From: Auanema rhodensis
Taxonomy: Eukaryota; Animalia; Nematoda
Direction: 5' to 3'
DNA: 64,000 bases
Assembly: GCA_964057225.1 (NCBI GenBank)
Contig: OZ059898.1
Location: forward strand, 11,966,001 to 12,030,000
Shown: positions 54,327 to 64,000 of the stretch, in pieces
How positions within the stretch are numbered: the stretch's first letter is position 1
Layout: every line of letters begins with the position of its first letter
Program-made: the position numbers and the translations under genes
The notes under the pieces: generated by a model
What the model saw: only the letters and a program-made list of their open reading frames with translations
What the model was told of the DNA's origin: nothing
Databases searched by the model: none

Positions 54327-55259
54327 TAGAATAAAACGTGTTTAAGCTTCATCATGTATGGTGATTCCACACTTCACCATAAAAACCTGTTTCTTCTCCT
54401 AAAGTTAAGAAGTGGCAAATACTTCTCAAAGTGATTTTACTCGTTTAAGTTGTTAAGCATCGTTTAAACACTACCAGTTGAACTTCAAAACATATTTGAT
54501 GATGCTTCATTAAAAATTTAGATAAAGTTCTGAATTTTCAAAACTGTAAACTAATAACACCAGAGTTCTATTTCTGTTATGGGTTCAACAATTTTTTAAA
54601 TGTTTTTTTGAGATATCATGAGAATTAGAAACAAAGCGAGTAACCGGTCTATCGCGCTGCAGAATTAAAATGAAAAATGGCACAAAGTTATTAATAGAAA
54701 TTGTCTTTCGGTTGTTGCGATTTTATAATAGAAATTAAGCATATTCGTTTATTACTTAGTTTTGTGTTTTATTATTTATCATACTGATTATGATTTATAG
54801 TATTAAACAATGCTAAACTCGAGGAGTAAATTAATGATTTTTTGACAAAATTTAAAGAAGCTCACGGTGAATTAAATAAAGATTCAATTAACTTTCTTTG
54901 AACAGTTTTATTTTTATTGATAGTAGGTGAGCTACCAGAAAAAGCTGAAAAAATTATCAAACATGTTTGTTAAATTTCGAAGTTTTCTTCGAAAAACACA
55001 ACTAATTCCTTGAAAAATTCTATAATCTATTAGTTGAAAACTAGTCAAGCCTTATTATTCGTCAATTCGAATATATAGTATAAAACTTGTCAGCAGCAGT
55101 TGCAGATTAGCTAACGAAATATAACTATGATAAGGTGTCTTCTTCGTATGATTTAGAGGAGTACGCAATATACGCACATATATTTTCTTTCAAACGTAGT
55201 CTATATAAAAGCTTCATCAAAGCTTCATCAAGCCTAATTACTCCAATTGCAGACTGTTA

Positions 55260-57210
<1,951 letters not shown>

Positions 57211-57728
57211 GAATAGATCTTATGTATTGCTAGAATTTTCAGATATTCGAGTTTATAGGAAGCCTAATTTAAATTTCGTTGAATAATTTAACTATTGTTT
57301 GTTATTTGTTTTACTTATGAATATTTATCTACATAAGCTCAGAACTCGTATAAAATTATGTGACGGTTTTGCTAAACCGGAATACTTTGATCCACTTTTT
57401 TATTTTAAATTATTTTCTAATACAACAGAATATTTTGTCTCTGTGTTTGCCCTTTTGATAATTCCACCACTACGAACCAACGCGTCGCGTTCCTTCGCTG
57501 TGCGCGTGCCTCCTATGATCTTTTTAATCGACGCAGACCTTCCTTAAAAGGAGCTCTCCTGAACTATTTTTATTTTTTAATTAACTTTAAATAATATGTA
57601 TATTTCTTTAAATTTATTGTTACATATATTTCAATTTTCAGTTAATTTAAAGAAATGGCAATCTTTTAAAAAATTGCTAGTCACATTTTAACGAGAGCTG
57701 CTTAATTCTCTTTACACCCAATATCTTC

Positions 57729-60700
57729 ATGGACCTTCGGTTATTTTTAACTTTATTCATCTCATTAGTGGGACTATGTGAGCAAACTGTGATTAACAAA
57801 GCTTTACTTAAGTAAGTTCATGCTTTTGTCATTATATTTTAACAATTTTTTTTCAGAAAGCAAGCTTATGATTTATTTATGCATGGTTATCGGTCCTACA
57901 TGGATCATGCTTTTCCAGCAGATGAGCTGATGCCTTTATCTTGTAGAGGAAGGATTCGTGGTGTAACTCCCAGCAGAGGAGATGTGGATGATAGTTTAGG
58001 AAAGTAAGTATTTTTTTAACGTTCTTTTTAAATAACTGCTAATTTAGTTTTTCTTTAACACTTATTGATACACTTGATACCTTAGTAGTTATGGGAGCTT
58101 ATGACGAATTTGAGAATGCAGTTCGTCTTGTTGTTGATCAAGTAAGTTTTTTCCGAAGTACTAATTTTACTGTTTTTTAAGGTACAATTCAATTCTGATA
58201 TTGTTGTTTCTGTATTTGAAACCAATATACGAGTCTTAGGTGGTCTGCTCTCAGGTATATATTTATTTTGATTATTATGTTAGTAATTTTTATTTATTAT
58301 AGGTCATATAATGGCAGATCTGGTGAAAACTCAGTACCCTCCACGTTTAGGATGGTATAGTGATCAACTTCTAAAAATGGCTGTTGACATAGCGAATAGA
58401 CTTTTACCTGCTTTCAATACTACCTCTGGTCTCCCTTATAGTAGGGTAAGTATGAATACCTTTCTGTTTTTTTATAATTAATCTTCAGATTAATTTACGT
58501 TATGGAATGTTGGAATATCTTAAACGGCAAAAAGACACTTGCACTGCCTGTGGGGGAACTATGCTTCTCGAAATGGCCGCTCTTTCTCGTTTAACAGGCA
58601 ATCCTATTTATGAACAGAAGGTTTGTCTATCGATTTGTAAGGTAAATCAATAATAATTGTTTTACAGGCACATAAAGCAATGGATTTTCTATGGGCACAA
58701 CGTCATAGAGGATCAGATTTGATGGGGACTGTTCTGAATGTTCATTCCGGTGACTGGGTTCGCCGAGGTAAATTTATTTTTGTAAAGCTAATAATTTGAA
58801 CCACTGTTTGGAATTTATAATTTAACCAATTTCAGAGAGTGGTATTGGCGCTGGAATCGATTCATATTACGAATATTGCTTGAAAGCATACATATTTTTG
58901 GGTGACAAGGGATACCTTGATCGTTTTAATAAGGTATGATATTTACAAACTGCGAATTCAACTTTGTTTACTTCCAGCATTATGATGCAATTATGCGTTA
59001 TGTTCATAAAGGACCTCTTTTTGTTGATGTGCACATGCACCGTCCAACCGTGGCTACGAGATCTTTTATGGATGCTCTGTTAGCCTTCTGGCCTGGCTTA
59101 CAGGTTTGGATAAAAAGGGGATTTCGCGTTATATTTGGATTTTAAGGTTTTGAAAGGGGACGTGAAAAAAGCGATCGAAACGCATGAAATGCTTTATCAA
59201 GTAGTGAAAAAACACAAATTCTTGCCAGAAGCATTCACACATGATTTTCAAGTACACTGGGGAGAGCATCCTTTACGACCTGAATTCATAGAGAGTACTT
59301 ACTTTTTGTACCGTGCCACTAGAGATCCACATTATCTTGAAGTAGCCAAATTGGTAATTTACTGTTTTAAAATTTTGCTGATTTTTGACTTTTAAGGTTA
59401 TGGAGAGTATAGAGAGCTATGTTAAAGTTCCATGTGGGTTTGCTGGTGTCAAAGATGTACGAACTATGCTTCATGAAGACAGGTATAACATAATATTTAA
59501 CTGGAATTAATTTTAATATTGTTCTAGAATGGATTCCTTTGTCTTATCAGAAACGTTCAAATACCTGTACATGATTTTCGCTGAGTCTGAAGATTTAGCG
59601 TTCAATCCCGATGATTATGTACTCACAACTGAGGCTCACTTCCTCCCGCTTAACATGGGTATTAGTGAAAATGTAAGCGTTTGTTGTTCAAAAACTGTCG
59701 AACATTATTTCCTTCAGGATGCTCAACGCCGTATTTTTGTGAGACCTGAAGATGTTATTGATTCTATGTATGTCTCTGCCAATCCGGTTGTAGTGGATAC
59801 TCAACAGTTTGAACCTGAAGAAGCGTATAAGATCCGTGAAAAAACCAAGAGTGTTTTAGAAGAATATTTCGTTTTACATCAGCAATCTAGTCAGCCTCAG
59901 TGTGCTAAACCGTAAGCTCAGTATTTGTTCAACCTGTTCTATTTCCGATATTTTAAGTTCGGAAAGGTTACGCGCCTGGGCATTCTCAGCTACAAATTCT
60001 GAGCATATCAAAACATTACGCGATATGGGTATAGAAATCGGTGTATTAAGTGATGGCCGAATGCAGATAACTCACAACGCAGCCAACGTAAGCTTTAATG
60101 TTTTTAAAAAAGTTCATATTTTATGGGGTGTTACTAACATCACAATGGTAATAACTAAAGTGGTACCCTCCTTAATATGCATCGTTCGTTTTAACGGTTG
60201 TTCGTTTTCCGAGCACTTCTAAAATACAATCATCAGAGCTTCCTTAGATTCTCGAGGGTGTCACATATAGTCCGCTCACCAACCATACAACACCGACTAT
60301 GTCTGACTCCTGAGGTTCTTTCAGGGTGAGGTTGTCATTTGTGTTGTGGATGACTCTGGTGTTTCTTCGTCAATCAGCAGTAGGGCGTTCTCTATATCTT
60401 CGGGACCAGCTCAAATTGGTCATATGATGCACCTTCTGATGCTTGTTCTAGTAGTTTGGGCTGCTTTAGTAGCTACTGCTGCTGCTTTAATTTGTTTTAG
60501 CGCGCTTTTATCTAGATTATTTATTAATAGACAAAAATGTGATTGAGATTTCTCTACATATCAAAATTATTTTATGTACATAGTTGACTAATTATTCCAA
60601 CGAATGCCTTGAAAATAGTGTTTTAAGTTATAGCCTGGAGCGTAATATGAAACTCACCAGTTTAAAGTTTGAAATATATCCATAATAGTTGATTATGTCT

Positions 60701-62515
60701 ATCTTACATCTTTTGTGATCACTTAGTGAAGTAATCTATTTTGCATGGTCTCTTTGTGAATTTTTTGTGTTGTTACTTTCAAAGTTCAAGGTCGTAGGGT
60801 CAACAAAGGGTAAATAGCTTGTGATAAGACGTTAAATGTTTATATCGATATTTTTTTTAACAGGTTAGAAAATATATTGCCGAGTATGTAATTATACACG
60901 ATGTTGTCTTTCTAGGTGATTAAGCTGGTGAATTTATTGATGTTGTGACTACATGAATAAATTTTTATATCAAAAAAACCAAATTTTTTTTCTCGAGATT
61001 CTAAATATATTCTTTTTTATGTTCAGGCTGTTAATACCGAGTATTCAAAATGGGGAATGGAATTTGTGCAAGAAATGATTCAATATCATAATTATTTGGA
61101 GAAGGAAGGTACTTTCCATACGTTCAATTGTGGAAGCATGAGTAATGTTTTCAGCATCGAATGAGTCAAAAAGTGAACGATATGTTCAAATACTGTCGGT
61201 TCCTTTTTACGGACAACCTCACTTACTTGCCTCTCCTGCCCAATTCGGTTATGATTTGAAGCTGGGATCGGTAAATAATCCTAATTGAATTGCTGACACT
61301 GTTGCAATGTTTCAGGTGGAAGGTTTGGTGGGAATCGCAGAACCTTACAGAGCATGCAAACCTATGATTAATCCTGATAAGGTACAGTCGATGAACAAAG
61401 TTCAAAGCTCATAAGGAGTTTTTTCAGTTGCGCGGTCGCATTGTCCTGGTTGAGAGATCGGAATGTATGTTCCAAGAAAAAGCTCGTCATGCACAGCGAG
61501 CTGGAGCTATTGGAGTAATCGTTATTGGTAGGAACGTGACGTATATTCCAAATGTGAAAGTTAATATTCAGATCATAATGCTCACACAACAGCAGACAGT
61601 TTTCAACATTTTGCCATGGCTGGAGACCAAAACTCACCAGATGATATAGCTATTCCTGTTGTTTTCTTGCACGGTGTTGAAGGAAATTTAATAAAAAACT
61701 CACTGAAGTCTGATCCTAATCTTCATATTCGTATATCATTGGATCTTCTTTCTTCAGGTTTTATTTTTCTGAAAAAAATAGGGCAATTTGATATTTATTT
61801 AGATTCTATAGTTGAAGATGTTTTCAAATTTGGTAGTTATCCGTCTCCTGTTTCCCATGAAGTAAGTTTCTTTTATCGCTTTCCTGTTAGTTCATTGAAA
61901 AAAGTACTGTTGTCGATTCATTTATGGTCTTATCATGTGTAGTACTTTTTTCCTTTCTGATTGGCATCACCTGATGATTTGCAGATCTGTGATATTACGG
62001 ATGGCGATTTTGTTATTATCAATCAACAGATTCCTAGCGTTGTTTTCAATTTCCGGTTTGGCGGGGTTAATCAGCAAAGTGAACCCATTGAGCATCAAGC
62101 GGTATGATAGTGATTCGTTGTCTTCTGCAATCCAATAAGAAAATTACAGATTGTGGAAAGACATGTGGTTCAACTACAGGATGCTGTTGACTTTGATCTT
62201 CCAACTCAAAGATCAGCCTTTTTTTCATTGTTGAGATTCGCAGCATATGAGGCATTGGAATTAAATGTTCAGGTTTTTTTGTAACAAATTGAGTTGTAAT
62301 TATGTTTTTGTCAAAACAGCCAGAAGAATTGAAAACTGTAGAAGGGGCTCTGAGATCCGCTCGTACTCTTCGTCTACCACCTTATGTAAATAAAGTTCTT
62401 CCTGGAGAAATAACAAAAGTAAAATATCTTTATGTGTTTTTAATTTGGTTTGCAACTTCAGGTCCGCTGTTTGCCCAAAGGAACTAAGATACAATGTGTT
62501 AAAATGGCGTTCTAG
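57729..62515 (+). CDS. edem-3: ER degradation-enhancing alpha-mannosidase-like 3 (GH47 + PA domain)
   Basis: Signal peptide, then [79 protein letters not shown] and TTEAH. PA domain [31 protein letters not shown]...IPVVFL. It ends CVKMAF* at 62515. Confidence 0.93.
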
Positions 62516-63202
62516 ATAATTGAAGATGGTACGAGCTGCGTGTTGTGGCCTGAGAATCTTATTTTGGCTTCTACACTTCAGTGCAATGCCACATGTGTCC
62601 TTATCGTTTTAGCCCCAGGGAAAGAAAATTGTGGTTATTTCTTTCACTTACCCGCTCTTCTTCTCTCTTTTTCAATTGTTATCATGATGTCTGTTGTAAT
62701 TCTATTTCTGGGTTTTTGGCCTGCCCGATGTGGTCCGATTCTCAGAAACACTAAACACGCATTTCGAAGTCACCTCAACATGGATTTGTCAAATCACGAG
62801 TATTTTTTAATATTTCTAATCATAGTGCCTTTTCTTTCTTCTTTACAACACCTCGTATGTATTTTGCCTTAGAAATGTGTTACTCACTTCCCGGGTTTCT
62901 TTAATCGGTTATTTAGTTAGCTATAATCGGAAAAGTTTATATGCTGCACGGCTTTCACTGTTGCAATAACACGTCTCAATTGCTCACTGATGTTAAGAGA
63001 TTTAATGATTCGTATACGTTTTATTTATCTTGAAAATCTATTGGAATAATAAATTAATAAGATCATGGTTTATGTTTTTCTTTAATGTAACCGATGCGCT
63101 TCACCTCCGCCATCATGTTGTTCTTATCATTTTCCCTATTTGTTTGTTTCACTGCTCATAAAAATCTGGAAACTAATGTTGCATTCCGCATTTTCAGTAA
63201 AA

Positions 63203-64000
63203 ATGGGGGATCCTCCAATTAGACGTCGTACAAAAGTTAGAGGTATCGCAGAAGAAACAGAAGATGACTTACGTGAGCAGCCTGGCGATAGAATTGGTGA
63301 TGCAAATACCACAGATGGGGAAGATTCTGTGGATAACTCGTGAGACTTTGCACGAAATTCAAAATCTGATTTTGCTACCTTCAGATTCTCAAGAAAGACT
63401 TCTCGTATTCGTAAACATCTAGAACGTGTTCACTTCCAAATGGTCAATGAGCGTGTTGTAGAAGATATTACCCTTGACGTATTATATAAACCTCATACCC
63501 TTACCATCTTAGGATTACTTTGTGCATTTTTAGTATACAAAGCTTTTACTGGGTATTTTTTAACGTGCATCCAATATGATTCAGTTTTGTTTTAGGCACA
63601 CTCGGAGTACTCCTGAAAATGTTTGTGATGGAGCTATGGGAACGCTTACCTTGTTTTTAGTTGTCAGTGCTTTAGCTTTTCCAAATGGGCCTTTCATTCG
63701 ACCTCATCCTTTACTTTGGAGAATTATCTTTGGTCTTTCTGTTGTTTATATGATGATCCTTCAATTTTCTCTTTTCCAAACCTATGATGATATCAAGAAA
63801 GTATTGTCCTGGCTTGATCCTGAAGGTTTGAGTCAAGTACATCTCGAAGAAAAGGTAATTATTTTTGTTGGAAAAGAAGAATTATATGTTTCAATCTAGC
63901 AATATGCTATCAATTGTTCTGAATTAACTGCTGAACGTATTTGGAGTCACATGGATATATTTGCTGTCGGACACTTCTTAGGTTGGGCAATGAAGGCTCT
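63203..64000 (+). CDS. pssy-1: Phosphatidylserine synthase (PTDSS1-like), 5' part, runs off the window end
   Basis: The ATG follows a ttttcag acceptor. The product includes [48 protein letters not shown] and [32 protein letters not shown]. Confidence 0.92.

Noticed and set aside
62516-62872. Open frame continuing past the edem-3 TAG (possible readthrough adding a hydrophobic tail)
   Set aside because: The stop context TAG-ATA is not a known readthrough motif, and T-rich 3' UTR sequence readily gives stop-poor hydrophobic frames.

Overview
AT-rich eukaryotic genomic DNA from a nematode, probably a rhabditid (clade V). The evidence is many 40-55 nt introns, TTTCAG-type acceptors just upstream of start codons (probable SL trans-splice sites), close C. 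elegans-like orthologues and abundant (CT)n/(AT)n microsatellites. I reconstructed 15 spliced protein-coding genes by hand. In order: an FxPSR/YxPSR-amide neuropeptide precursor, alpha-carbonic anhydrase (cah-3-like), tetra-thymosin-beta (tth-1), a minimal LITAF-like protein, two tandem paralogous secreted CUB-like proteins (the second is CUB-like/vWA/CUB with a mariner-type MITE in an intron), a SEL-7-like nuclear protein, a compact minus-strand cluster (CPG4-like GPI protein, lig-1, mdt-31, Canopy/CNPY-like), a multi-pass membrane protein, mitochondrial GluRS (ears-2), EDEM3 and the 5' part of a phosphatidylserine synthase. The most striking observation is that the last exon of mdt-31 is dual-coding: its +1 frame supplies the start codons and the first part of the signal peptide of the downstream Canopy-like gene. 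Other notable items are natalisin-like peptides, a triple TACGTG (HIF-type) cluster upstream of the carbonic anhydrase, a let-7 8mer downstream of the sel-7-like gene, a possible mitochondrial presequence on DNA ligase I, and several GC-AG introns. All gene models are manual and were not checked against databases or transcript data.
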